Numbered from the whole stretch's first letter, positions 1 to 12,586 are shown. The stretch is DNA of 63,936 bases, filler included, from Olpidium bornovanus S191 (GCA_017911155.1; 32 parts of 32 records of this genome joined end to end with filler, not necessarily neighbours in it); one strand, 5' to 3'. A program made the numbers and translations. The notes: generated from the sequence alone by a model not told the origin.

Positions 1-82
1 CATGTGTAAGCCTACAAAATTGACGCGTTTCTGTTGGTCAGTTCTGAAACAAGGTTTGGCGGGAACGAGCATTGGAACGAAC

Positions 83-1000
83 CTTCCAGACTAAACGAAT
101 CTTCGCTCCGCGCGGCATCACCGTCGAGGTCAAGCACGAGGTGGAGTCCCTCCAACGCCCGCCCCTGCTGCTGCGCAGCCGCCTGCCGCGTCGCCGTTAT
201 AAAACGCGTCGGGAAGAACAGGCCACCGAGCCAGACAGAGGAAGTCGACGGCGAGCGCGACTCCAACCGCGTGGGGATTTGCGTAAGCTGATCCAGGCGC
301 CGCCCAAAGTCGAAGATCCACTCATTGATGGTATACCTTTTCGGAACCGTGTACTTCAGCCAGTGCTCCGGCACCTGGGCTGAGGGGGTCGTGTGAAACA
401 CGAGTTCATTTGACCCGATTCCCTCGCGCCACGCCAACTTTTCGTCACACCAAAATGCAAACGCAAAATGCAAAATTCAAAATAAAAAAATTTTAGGAAA
501 AGGGGCGGGCAGCCGGCAGTCCGTACCTTTCGTCAGCCACGCTGCGAGCATCCGCAGGTGGTTGGTGTGCTTCGTCTCCCCGCGGCACATGCGCTGCAGG
601 TCCCCGAGGTCTTGACGCACTGTTGCCAAGAGTCTGTCGGCGAGGTCGAGCTCGCGGTGCCAGAACCGAGAGAGCGGAGCTTTCACGCCGCCGGGCTCCG
701 CCGGGATTGCCGGGCGCGTCTTGCGGATGCCACGAAGAAAGTCAGCGACGCACGGGGGCAGCCGGGAAAAACGGGCGCGTGCGTGCGTTTGTAGGAGGCG
801 CACGACGAATAGTGGAGGAAGGCAGTTCGCTCAGGCTCACCGAGGGGAGCGCGCCCAGCAACCGTTCCGCCAACCCGTGAAGAGCCTGGACGGAGGCAGG
901 CTGGCGTGCGAGGGCGGCAGCGGTGGCAGTGCCGGCCGCGGGGCCGTTTCCCGGGGAGGTTGCCGCGTTGGCTGCGAACGCGCTGACCATTCTGGCAGGG
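83..1000 (-). CDS. DYN1: Cytoplasmic dynein heavy chain, C-terminal exons (partial, spliced)
   Basis: Exon translations RQPASVQALHGLAERLLGALP, APLSRFWHRELDLADRLLATVRQDLGDLQRMCRGETKHTNHLR and VPEHWLKYTVPKRYTINEWIFDFGRRLDQL...VWLGGLFFPTRFITATRQAAAQ follow, in order, the C-terminal region of dynein-1 heavy chain (DPLFRFFERE...VRQDL...GGLF.PEAYITATRQ). A GT-AG intron at 526-380 preserves the frame. Confidence 0.88.
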
Positions 1001-2864
1001 TCCGCCCTTTGGCTTTTCGGAGCCAGAGGGGCGGAGACGAGACCGCGAGTTTTTCAGGAATTTCTTCTGTGGCGCGGCGGCGGGGCGCGGGGTTTCCTTC
1101 CTTTTTTTTTTTTTTTTTTTTTTTCCCCCTTCCGCGCCCTGAATTGATCCGGTACCTTCTCTCTCAAATCCGATCCGGGTCCCCGCTCCCGCGGGCCTCC
1201 ACCGTGCAGACGGCGGACGCGGCATCCCGGCGGCCGCAGTCGCCCCGCTCCCAGGGGAAAAGGAAAACCGTTGAGATCCGGTCCGCCCCGCCCCGCCTGC
1301 CATCTGCTTCAAACTTGGGGCAGAATGGTCCCGCCCGAATGCCAGACGATCGGCGGCTGGTGGTATGCATTGGCGGAAAATGCAGTGCATTGCTGTAAAA
1401 CGTAAGTATAATCGATTGATAAAGCTAGCCGCATTGAAACTCAATCTTGTCGTTTATCTTCTTGCCCAAGCGGGAAAAGCGTACTAGCTGGGAAAGAGAA
1501 GGAAGTATGGTGTCAGGAAGCAGAAAATTAACGGTGGTAGCAACGGGAGCGTCGTTAGTGTGCGTCAATGAACACGTCCCTCGAGGGGCGCACATCGAGG
1601 AGAGTGTGCGTCGAGGAAGGCGGCGTGCAGACGATCCGTCGTACGGGAAACGGGCAACATCGAGCAAAGAATCCTGGCGGTGAAAGCAGGGGACAAACGG
1701 TGATTAGTAACCAGGATGAGAAGTGGCGGGGTGGAGCATGAGACAGCTGGAGTCCCCGGTGTGCTCGTGGCGCGATGGTCGGCGCCTCATAAACTGGGAT
1801 GATTCACAACCTGACGAAAAAAGAGTGATCCATGTTGTGTACCAATTCACACATCAACTTTTTGATAGAATTGCAAAGGCCAGCCGGATCAGCTTTCACG
1901 GGTTTCAGAGTGTTGATGGCGCTTACGAAGTGGCCAACCCTGCGGAGACCAATGCGGTAAATGGTTCAAACGGCGAGAGCAGTGATAGGCTGAGGCCAAT
2001 ACTGAACCACGACATGATCGATGATCGACGTTCCTGGACGGGTGCAGAGCCAAAGAAAAACGCGACGGTTTATCACGGGCGCATCATCAAAAGCCCGCTT
2101 TTTTACGGCATGCCAATCAGCAGGACGATCGCCAAAGGGTGTTGCGGAATCAGACTCAGCCTTCAACCCTTCTGTTGGATTTATGCGTTTATGCGCACTG
2201 TGCCAGAACCTCCTGAATGTTGTCCTGTATGCAGTTTAACTCTCGCAGAATAACGCGTTCCGTATTCAGCAGGAAAACCACAAACCAAACTCTTCTTCTC
2301 CAACAGCGCTGATCCCCAGCATGCTGGCGGTTTTGCGGAGGGTGCCCGTCAGCACCACCTGTTTACCGGTATGCGCTGGGACCGAGAGCCGGAATCGTGA
2401 GCAGATCAATGCAAAATGCAACAGCAATCGAATTGCGTGTGGCGTCCAAAACAGAAGAGCTCTTTGCCATCGGTCTCCCATCAACTCTGGGCTCAAACTG
2501 TCCAATTGATGAGCTCCGATAACAAGGGTGAGGGAGGCCGGTGTTGCCTGTCCATAGAGAGGCACCAAAAATCAAACGGTATCCGGTCGATTCATCGGCG
2601 GGACGCGGTGCCCCAGCGATGGTCCATCAGCTGGCTTTCACAGCTAGAACGGTGTAATCCTTGGCCGCCCCTGAGAGCAGGGGTGAGGCCGCATGGTTTG
2701 GAAGACCGTGACCGCGGGCGCGCACGGGCATGCACTTTAATGGGAGAAACGGTACGGCAGTTGGGGAAAGGCGGCGCCAAGCCTTGTGAGGGGTCTACGT
2801 TTCCAATACCGCAAACTCGAATTCTAAAACTTGCCGCTCGGTTCTGTGCCGGGTTTCTTTTTTT

Positions 2865-2938
<74 letters not shown>

Positions 2939-2958
2939 TATTTTTTTTTTTTACTTTC

Positions 2959-3058
2959 NNNNNNNNNNNNNNNNNNNNNNNNNNNNNNNNNNNNNNNNNN
3001 NNTTAATTAATTAANNNNNNNNNNNNNNNNNNNNNNNNNNNNNNNNNNNNNNNNNNNN
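2959..3058. other. Artificial contig-joining spacer (44 N + TTAATTAATTAA + 44 N), first of 31. The others start at 4563, 5789, 10447, 13026, 15000, 16216, 17419, 21420, 22591, 24490, 26595, 28888, 30859, 32293, 33656, 35670, 37624, 40502, 43328, 45650, 47054, 48369, 50136, 52503, 54443, 56056, 57629, 58897, 60332 and 62794
   Basis: An identical 100-nt unit recurs throughout. TTAATTAATTAA gives stops in all six frames, the usual design for concatenating unplaced contigs. Confidence 0.98.
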
Positions 3059-3139
3059 ACATGCGACGGACGCAAGGAGGACGACGGAGGGAGGGTCGGG
3101 GGAAAGAAGGGGGAAGATCAGCGCGCAGGAAGAACTTAC

Positions 3140-3236
3140 CAAAGAAGGCCACGTGCTACTGCAGCGGGGTCCCGTAGGCTTTGTGGTTGTCCGTGGCTCC
3201 CGTCGGGTGGTCGACGGCCCGCGGTGTCGCTTCTCG
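3140..3236 (-). pseudogene. Caleosin/peroxygenase-like exon with an in-frame TAG
   Basis: Translates to TPRAVDHPTGATDNHKAYGTPLQ*HVAFF followed by a GTAAG donor. This matches the caleosin 'EHP.GT...LQQHVAFFD' motif just before the EF-hand. TAG at 3156-3158 sits where Gln (CAG) is expected. Confidence 0.55.
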
Positions 3237-6040
3237 GCACGGCAATAATGCCACAGCGGATTGGGGAAAAGGAATCGGGGGGGGTTTTTTTTTTTTTTTT
3301 TTCAAATATCAGCAACTTGCGGTGGGGACGTGCGGGCCGGCAAGAGCGTGCCGCACCCAAGAAAAAAGAGAAAAAAACCAGCCGCTTGCCGCGTGGAAGT
3401 TTCGGGGGAAGGGGCGGGTGGGTCGCTTCTGATCTGATTTTTTTTTTTTTTCTTTCCCCCACATGCCGCATGTGTTGCAGGCATCATCGAAGGTCACGCG
3501 AAGGATAACACAGCGGTCCTGGCAAACCTCCCCACGTCAACCCCAAGAGCGAGAATAACGTTGGACAGCGATGCAACAAGTCACATTTCCGTCCCTCTTT
3601 GGCGGTCTTGGATGGGGACAACAGACTGCAACAAACTGGCCTACGTTACATTAGAGAACCTTGAGACCCGAAACTTGTGCGCCTGACCCCGCGTGATCCA
3701 TAGCGTCAAACGTTAGAAGTCATCGGGATGACTTCAGTCATTGGCCCGTACAATAAATAGCATATTCCCGGCGGCATACTCCGTAGCCGCTCGGAGGCCT
3801 TTAGGGATGTTCATCCACATTACCAACGTTCAAGTCCCATACTCCCATACAGATCTTTCTAGATTGCCAGTTTTTTTTTTTGCAGACAAATCTCTGGACG
3901 TTGAAGTAGAGTTGGGGGGACAGCTTGCTTCCCGAACGCCGTATTTTTGCCAGTAAGCATTGCCCACTAATAATGGACTGCGGCACGGGCTTACACCAGA
4001 AATATCATTGTAGAAATATCAGTGTCACATAAGCCAGATGAAAAAAGGTTTCAAAAAGGTCTCGCACTCACATGGTTTTGTTAATCTTGAGACCTCTTCC
4101 TGGGCTGATCCGCGGTCAGCCCGGAGATCGCGGCACCGGGATCATTCCTCCACGCTGCAAGGGCATACAGAATTCCCCTGCAGGGCGGATGGGGGCCCAG
4201 GCTAGAGCTCTCAGAAAAGTCAGCACGCAGGGTGTTTCCGGGGCCCTGTGCCACCACCCCCCCCCCCCCCCCCCCCCCCCGGGAGAACGTGGATCCTGCC
4301 ATCGACGATTTAAACATTCGGTGCCGAATTCCTCGTCGACCAAGTGACACCGCCGCTACCAAATGCGGAGTTACCAGACTAACTACGTACGTTCCTCTGG
4401 TTCCAGGTCATTCACCGGTCGACAAGCTTCAACCCTCCTCGCATGACGGCCGGAACGTTGCGACGTGTTGTGCGAGCGGTCATCGAATGGACTTTCTGGC
4501 GGACCTTCTTTGTCGATCACGGCTCCATCTTCCTCATCGGCACCCGCAACCTCGAGCACAATNNNNNNNNNNNNNNNNNNNNNNNNNNNNNNNNNNNNNN
4601 NNNNNNTTAATTAATTAANNNNNNNNNNNNNNNNNNNNNNNNNNNNNNNNNNNNNNNNNNNNAACTTCCGTCGTCAAGGTGGAAAAAAGCCGCAGGACTT
4701 TTAAGTCAAAATCGGTGAGTGACGGCCACTGGCCCGCACTTTTCGCGTGATTCTGCCCCGCGGAACACTTGCGAAACACCATGACGACCCTCCGGGCGTT
4801 GTCACAAACGAGACGGTGCAAACAATTCATGAAAAGTACACGACGATTTTCAATTCTCTTTTCATGCGGCTGTCAGCTTTCGCGAGACGCGAAACTGTGG
4901 GCGCTGCAGTTTCTCCCTTAAACTGTCCGGAGATTGCAAAATGCACGTTATCATGATGGTGCCAAAGGTTGACGCCCTCCACGCCGTCCAAAAGCCGCCC
5001 TACGAGACTTCAGGATATCTGGCAAGACAGAGCAGGCAATAACTCAGGGTGCGGGGAGCGCCAAAGACGAACTCAACCCCAAGTCGAAAAACGAGAAGTT
5101 TGAAAACTCAAAGTGGTATAATTGCGGAAAGAAGGGGCGTTTGGTCCGTAAATTGTTACTTACCCCGCAATGACCAAAGTGACAAGAAGGGAAAAAAATT
5201 TTCCCGAGAAAGACGGAAGCGGCGAACGCGACAAGGAAGAAGAAGACGGGGGACGACGCACCCGTGGCCGGTCGATCCTCCCCATTGTCCCTTTTATTTT
5301 TCTCCAGACGGTGCGGGGCGGGAGGGGTGAATTGGGAAATAACCGGGTCTTTCCTTCCTTTTTTTTGTTCTCCAGGATACGGCGTTCGAGAAAAAACTTT
5401 AGGACTTGGAGTGGGTCGATTTTTTAATTTTTTTTTGATTTTTTATTTTATTTTTTTATTTTATTTTTTTATTTTTGTTTTTTGTTTTTTGTTTTTTTTT
5501 GCATCGGCTGGTTGACGTGGTCCGGAATAGAAAAAAAAAACAACCTGCCGAAGGGGAAGAAAAAACGCGCGGGCTACAAATGCGAGGCAAATAAAAATGG
5601 TAAAGGGGAATTGGGGTGTGTTCGCGCAAACAAAAAAAAAAAAAAAAAAAAAAAAAAGGTAGCGTTACAGGCAGTTCCAACGAACGGCCCGCCAAAAGTT
5701 TGCAAATAAAACCCCAGAACAGGGTTTCGGGTAAAAAAAATTCTAACGTTGGGATTCTCGTCGGCGAAAAGCGGAGAAAAAAAACATGNNNNNNNNNNNN
5801 NNNNNNNNNNNNNNNNNNNNNNNNNNNNNNNNTTAATTAATTAANNNNNNNNNNNNNNNNNNNNNNNNNNNNNNNNNNNNNNNNNNNNACGGGGGGAGGG
5901 GGGGGGGGGGGGGGGGGGGGGGGAGGGGGGGGGGGGGGGGGGGGGGGCGAAAGATATCAAAAACGAAAACAGGTCAGTGATGAACGAAACGGTGGCAAAG
6001 CTAAAATGGGGTCCGTAACTTGGTTCGGCCAGACCCCAAC

Positions 6041-6724
6041 CTTGCAAGGGGTTGTCGAGCAACGCCGGGGCGCGCCCTTCGGCCGCGCCGTGGCCGATGA
6101 ATTGCAGCAACCAGGCGACGACGTGGAGGACGGTCGCAACGGTATTAGCGTTCGGGTTGGAGGCGAGATAGCTCGTCGCGGTCTTCGAAGCGAACATGAA
6201 AATTCCAGAAGCAGCAATCTAGGAAAACGGTGACCGGAAGCGTGTTCAGGCCGACGCTTCAACAGACGAGGTGAGAAAGACGCAGCTGAGCTTTTTTTTT
6301 CCGATTTTTTTTTTCCGTCTCTTCAAGCCGGTCGCGTTTTCCTGAGAAGAACGGGAAGCGCACAGAGCGCTAGAAAACTGTACCCACCCCCGCGACCGGC
6401 TCCAGGAGGACGTAGTAGAGTCCGTACAGGACGGCCACGGCGAAGCCGAGGTTCACCTCAAACCCGTACGGCGCCACGTACTGTTCCAGCACCGCAAGCG
6501 GCGGAAGCGGGCCCGTGTTCGACAGCCAGACGAGCGAGGTCCAAGCGATACACGGAACGCAGAAGAGGTGGATGAGCTGTGCGGAGGCGGTTTGGTCAGG
6601 CTGCCGTCGGCGAGGGGGAACCGGCGGCAGAGGTCGCGCTCTCCCAAACCTTGTTCAACCATTGGTGGTGGTAGGAGCCATAGAAGCCGAGCTGCCGTTC
6701 GAAGTCGAAGGCGTCGCAGCGCAT
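6041..6724 (-). CDS. MPO1: Mpo1/DUF962 family ER membrane protein (partial, spliced, one apparent frameshift)
   Basis: Exons read [28 protein letters not shown]...[13 protein letters not shown] and [26 protein letters not shown]. These match the family motifs Y..YH, IH..CVP and QFIGHG..E.R.PALLDN. Confidence 0.85.
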
Positions 6725-8360
6725 GGCGACACGTTGTTTCATTTTTTTTTTTTTTTTAAGCCTCATCTTTCTCTCAGTCTCTTTCTCCCCGCTGGGCCAG
6801 CAGAAGCAGAACGCACAAGGGCGGGACCCCACAATGTCTTGGCGCTCGAAGGCACGCCATGGCGCCCCCGCCGCGCGGAAGGGAGGCCGGCTGAGCGGCC
6901 CTCCCGAGACCGCCCCGCTCGCCGCGTGCGCCCGTTTGCCCGCAACGGGCGCATCGCCGCCCCCCCTCTTCCCCCCCCGCCGCTTGACAGCTGAGACGCC
7001 GTGCCGAACCGGCGTTTTTGCTTCCGCGTCGAACACCGCCGCCAGGTAAGATCCCCCGGCTTGGGGGATGTGGGCCCCTTCTACTCGCGGAACTGCAAAA
7101 GAGGGGGCGTTTTGGCGTGCGATCATGCGCTGGTCTGCACTTTCGGGAGGTTGCTCAATTCGGGACTCCGCTGGTTCGCCTTGCCCGACCCCCCCTCTCA
7201 GCGTCTTCACCTACCATGAGAGGCAGTTGCTGCAGTACGGCACGACGACGAGCCCCCTGGGCCGGGACTCCGTGAGGGACTTCGACGCCTGGCTTTTTTG
7301 CTTGCAACTGAACGGATTCCATCTGCTGGTAGGGTTTTCATCCCGGAGTAGCGCCAAATCTGGGCGACGGAAACCGCATGGATGGCCCCGCTGCTCTCGA
7401 CACGCCCAGCCCAAAGGGTCACATGGCCCGCCAGGAGTGCTTCTACGAGAACAATCTTGCTCAGTAGAAGACGGACCGCTGCCCTCCGGGAAGCCGAGAC
7501 TGCAAAGCGGGAGGTGGAGGCGCACCAGCTGCTTCCGGACAAGGTTGAAAAATCACAAGCGTACTTCCTCCCAGTGTTTTGGTTAAACAAAGAGAAGAGC
7601 ACTGTGGTCGAGGATGACCCCCGACGCAGGTGGAGGGGAACGGGAATGGTTAGAAGGCGACTGCCAGTCGCATTCTGTCACCGAGACGCCTGCTCACGCT
7701 CGCTGGTTCGTGATAGTCCCGCGCTATCGCCCGACCAGAGGACAGATCAATAGACGCTGCGCGTTCGGAGACATCGCGACATCGCCCGGATTCAGACTCG
7801 ATTTCGTCGCTGCGCTTCGTGCTCCGGGTATGGCCCCCACACCCCCCCCCCCTCCTGCGCCTCACCACCCCCTGGTTTTTTGTTTCGTCAGTTGCGTTAC
7901 GGTGGGCCATCCCGTGCACTTTTAGGCCAAAGGGCGTCGTCGAGATCAAGACCGCCAGAAAGGATTTCCGACGCGCCAAATTATTATTTTTTGTTTTCTG
8001 GGGCCGTCGCTTCCTGAAGGGGATGTGAGATTACTCTTCCTCGAAGGGGAAAGAGAGCGGGGTCGATTGCCGGCTTGAGCCGGTCGGCAGTTCTTCCCCG
8101 TGCCGCGGCGCGGGGATGGGGGAAGGGCGCCCGGTCCGAAAAGGAATTGCACGTCCTCTTTTTTTTTGTATTTATTTTCTTTTTTCAGGCCGGAGACAGG
8201 GGGGATTTGCGCAACGCGCCACGGAAGAAACCAAAAACCAAAAAAAAAAAAAAAAAAAAAAACCCGGGTTTCTCAGAACGCCCCGCCGGCGGCTTCCCCA
8301 CCCGATCCCCTCTCCCAACTCTGGCCCCCGCCCCTCTCCCGCCGCAGTCTCTCTTCAAAG

Positions 8361-9217
8361 ATGAGCACTTGCGGCTCCGTTGCCGCTTTCGAGGCCTACG
8401 ACTTCGACGCGGACGCGGGGTTCCAGGTGCGGTGCGCCGGCGCACGCGCGCGCGGGGGGAGTGGGGGAGGGGGGTGTCGGTGGGGCGGGCGTCCACCACG
8501 TTGCGGCGGCCGGGCGCGGAAACATTTCGGGCGACGTTGCTCACCGCCGCCAGTTTTTCCGTGCCGCGGCGAACCCGCCCCGCCGCAACACGGGGTCGTT
8601 CGTCTCTCGGACGCTTCGGCGTGATCCGCAGAAAGGCCTGACCGGTTTCATGTCGCGCGTGCCGCCGGAGCTGCGCGACGAGGCGATTCGGAGGGCAAAG
8701 GCGTTCTACTATTCCAAGTGCGTCGTTTGGCTCAAATGTCAGAGCCCCTCCTCGCTCGTTTCGGCCTAACAGGAACCATCAACTCTGGATGTGTTCCCCG
8801 CGCGGCGTCTAAAGATACGTACAGCCCGTTAGCCCTGCCGAAAGGCAGCACACGGCGCCGGACTGTCCCGAAGAATCAACCGGCCTCCGGCTGGCAGTTC
8901 GCGAGTCGGCCGTGGACGGCGTGGAGACCTTGCCCCGGCCTCTTTCCTTCCAGGAAGTGGTGAGCATGCTCGAGCGAGGCATTCCGATTCCAGGTGAGAG
9001 AGAGCGTAACCCCGCATGATTGAGTGCGGCGGTTCAGACAGCCCACAAGATACACGCCCGTCGCTGTTCGTGTAGACGGGTTACGACTAATGTGTTTTTG
9101 GAAGGGGGACGAGAGATCCCAAACAAGCTGGCAGATGAGCCGCCAAGCAAACCATTCCTCACGCCCAGGCCAAAGCCGTGGGAGAAGTCGAAGGCCCCTT
9201 TGCAGAACATGCCCTGA
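8361..9217 (+). CDS. PEX39: Pex39-like peroxin (DUF5572-type N-terminal domain and C-terminal KPWE motif), spliced
   Basis: Exons read AFEAYDFDADAGFQ, RAKAFYYSK, EVVSMLERGIPIP(G) and REIPNKL...PRPKPWE, each with GT/AG boundaries. The order matches YD.D.D..FQ.GL...AK.FY...I.G.PIPG...IP...KPWE. Confidence 0.75.
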
Positions 9218-11076
9218 AGAGCCTCAGGTAGCGCAACGGAAAGATCCTTATCCAATAATTATCGGCGATTTGGTATTGGTCGTGTCGACGTTCACGCTCT
9301 CGCGGTTGTGCCGGTCATACCAATCAATTCTAAAGTTTCCGTGGTGTGCTCAACACCAGATAGAGAAGGCGGTGAGAAGCGTGACAGATGCTTTGTTGAA
9401 CTTCGCGAGCCTCGCGTTGCGGATTCCCGACAGTGCCGAAGGCGTGCCACCGCAGGTACATACGCGCTGTCAAACTATGGTGGTTGAATGGTCACCATGC
9501 CACCATGGTCGCCATGCCCGCCGCTAAGCGTAGAAAACCGGGCTAGCTCGGCATCCATGAAAGCTATCCAAGTTCTGCTGTTTGCAGCCAGTCCCTCAAG
9601 CGGTTGCTCACCTTCCTGACACGCCCTTGTCCGCGACAGAGAATAGCTGTTTGCGGCGGCGTGGGTGTGTCGGCTCGTGAAGACAAGCGTGCCGCGCGGA
9701 GAAAGGACTTCCTCACCTCCGACCGGAGCTCTTAACTCTAAGTGGGAGGGTGCTCCCCTTTTGACGCCCGTAGCGACCCTTCCTTGAGCTCCCCATTTTC
9801 TTAGCCGGAAGAGAGACCCACCTTGCTGTGTACGCGTGGGCTGAAGTAGCTTGTTGGACACTGGCCCCTCCCCCCGCCCACCACCCATCCCACCTCCCCT
9901 CCGCTATTTGCCTCAACATACTATGGCAACCTCACACAGGAGCCTGTCAATGGAATGATTGTTGTAATTATAATGTCGGTGGCCAGCGCCGACTAACGCT
10001 GCTGTTGTTGACCAACACTTCGAACGGGCACAAAATACGGGACTCCGACCGCATAGAGGGGTCTCGTTTATCGCTGGCAAAAAATTCCGAGGCCGTAGAA
10101 CCGTACACCCCAGAATAATTGCCAGCTTTAGCCCATTCTGCGAGCAAAGTGAAATACGACAGCGCGGTCGGAGCCACTCGCGGGGTGGACAGGCCACGTA
10201 ACTGTCAAAACACAACGGTATCTAGCATCGTGCCGAGAATCTAGATGTAGCGCGTGCGGGCGCGCGAGACCGGAAGTCAAAAAAGCAGTTCCCGCCACAC
10301 CAACTCCCGGAACGAAGCGGGGAGCAAAAAAAAAAAGAAAAAAAAATCGGCAGTCCAGCAGATTCACAAACCTGCACAATGTTGTTCGCCATCACAGACT
10401 CGACGTTGTCTTCAAGGTGGCGCTTCGGGTCCTGCTTTCCGACATGNNNNNNNNNNNNNNNNNNNNNNNNNNNNNNNNNNNNNNNNNNNNTTAATTAATT
10501 AANNNNNNNNNNNNNNNNNNNNNNNNNNNNNNNNNNNNNNNNNNNNTGGCCAGAAAAAAAAAAAAAAAAAAAAAAAAAAAACTGTGGGCGTGAACGCCAG
10601 ATTCGGGGCCCACCTCTTTTCAGCGGCGAAGGGTCCCCAAAAACGAAACTCTCGGTTTCTCTCCCGTGCCTGAGCGTTGTCTTCGCCCGAGCATCCGGCC
10701 CGTTTGGAAAAACACGCGGCGTAGTCGGAGGTCCTCCAGAGGTGTTGTTGGTTTTTTTTTTTTTTTTTTTGGCTCATTCGGCCGCTTTGATTGGAGTTGG
10801 AGTTGGGGAGCGGGTGCCGACCTGCCCGCAGAAAGAAGCTGCTGTTCGGGCCCCCAGCAAGATAAGATAATAAAACGTGGTTGCGTTTCGCAGGCCGGCA
10901 TTCCCTCGGCCCCCCGTCACCACACGATTTCGACCCACGTGCACTACCCTCCCTCCCCCCCAACTTTCCCGAATGGGCCTCCCCCCTTTTCCGCCCTGGG
11001 ATAACGCCGCGCCTTTTTTATGCTTAAATTTTATTATTTTGGCGGGAACCTGCCGCGCCGTCACGCTTTAAACGTG

Positions 11077-12586
11077 TCATCGTACATCCCCGTCGCGTCG
11101 CATCTTCTTCTCCATCCGCTTTCGCTCCTGGAGCTCCCGGTCAAACGACGCGCCCTCCGTGAAGTCCTTACTGTTGATTCCCAGCGCGCGCATCATCTTC
11201 TCGTTCTCCTCGCTTTTGGCCGCGGACAGGTGATGGATTTCGTGCTCCTTGTAACTGTCGGAGCGCGGAAACGGGGCGGGCGGAGGCAAACGGCAGCGAG
11301 GAAAATAAAAAAAGAGAGCGGGCGACGGCGAACGCGAACGCCGCGCGAGTCAACACTGGAGCACAGCCGGCGGCCGAAGGCCAAAAAAATCCTTGCAGAG
11401 AGAACGGAAGCAAAAGGAGGGCGGAACGGCAAAAAAAAAAAAAAAAAAAAAAATTCCCCGGCGCGCCTCCAAGGCATAAACAGGAGAGCGGAAAGGCCAA
11501 AAAACGAAAAAAATAAAATAAAATAAAAAACAAAAGAAAAAAAAAGAAAATTCGCCGGCGCGCCTCCAAGGCATATACGGGAGAGCGGAAAAAACGAAAA
11601 TAAAATAAAATAAAATAAAAAACAAAGTAAAATTCCCCGGCGCGCCTCCAAGGCATAAACGGGAGAGCGGGAAGGCCAAAAAACAAAAAAAATCCCTTCC
11701 AGAGATGACGAGAGAACGGGAAGGCCAAAAAAAATAGAAAAAACAATAAAAAAACCTCCCCGCGTCTCTCCAGGTCTCTCTCTCACCCTCCGCCCCTCCT
11801 CTCATTCCCCTCTTCCCCCCCCCCCGCCGCCCCGCGCGCCTCCCACCGCAGAACCAAAAAAAAGAAAACAATAAAAAAAAACCAAGAAAGAAAACGCCAC
11901 CGCCGCCGCCGGGCTTACCCTTTCGCGCCGGAGAGGTGAGAGACGGGCCGAGCGGCCGACTCGGCGGTGAGCTTCTCCCTGAGCTCTTGCACGCGGCGGT
12001 CGACCTCCTCCTCGTCGACGTCGCCCAGCTCCTCGAGTTCTTCGCGCAGGGCGAAGCACTTGACCTCGATCGCCCTCTTGCGGTCGTGCTCGAGGATATC
12101 GGCGTTGGGCTTCCGCTTCACCGGCGGCCGGACGTCCGCGGCGGCGCTCGGCGGCGGCCGGTCGTGGCGGCCGGGGCGCACGCAGGAGAGGTTCCGCACG
12201 ACGTAGCCGTTCGTGCCGGACCCGCGCGGCGTGGTCAGACCGATCCCGTTGTACTGCGGGACCGGCAGGCGTCAACGAAAAAAAAAAAAAAAACGGGGGT
12301 GGGGAGAGAGAAAGGCAGAGTAAGTATGGGGCGGCCGGCGTCAGCGGGGCTGTTGTCCGGGAATTCCGTCTTCGCCGGTTTCTGTTCCAGGGCAGCGCGC
12401 GTGCGCCTGCTCCAGAAGAAAAAGCGACGGGTGCGCAAGTTTTCTCTCTCTCTCACCCTCTCCCTCCTCTCTCCTCCGCTTCACTCATTCTCTCCGTCTC
12501 TCCGGCCCCTCCCCCCCCCCACCCCCCATCCCCCATCCCCTCCGCCCTTTTCTTCCGCTTCCTTGCCTGCCGCCGCTTACGCTCAT
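11077..12586 (-). CDS. CWC21: Pre-mRNA splicing factor Cwc21 (SRRM2 N-terminal-like), spliced
   Basis: A 6-nt first coding exon ATGAGC|GTAAG is followed by YNGIGLTTPRGSGTNGYVVRNLS...ILEHDRKRAIEVKC. The last exon reads HEIHHLSAAKSEENEKMMRALGI...EGASFDRE. Confidence 0.92.
11452..11677. repeat. Three near-identical ~45-bp units separated by A-rich spacers, inside a CWC21 intron
   Basis: AATTC(C/G)CCGGCGCGCCTCCAAGGCATA(A/T)AC(A/G)GGAGAGCGG occurs at about 11452, 11549 and 11631. Confidence 0.85.

Noticed and set aside
3156-3158. Genome-wide UAG/UAA-to-Gln recoding, as in some aphelids and ciliates
   Set aside because: The 677-aa midasin, TPT, Sub2 and CFAP58 frames contain many Gln codons and no in-frame TAG or TAA, and midasin ends at TAA.
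11452-11677. CRISPR array
   Set aside because: There are only three units, the spacers are low-complexity poly-A, the context is a eukaryotic intron, and no cas genes are present.
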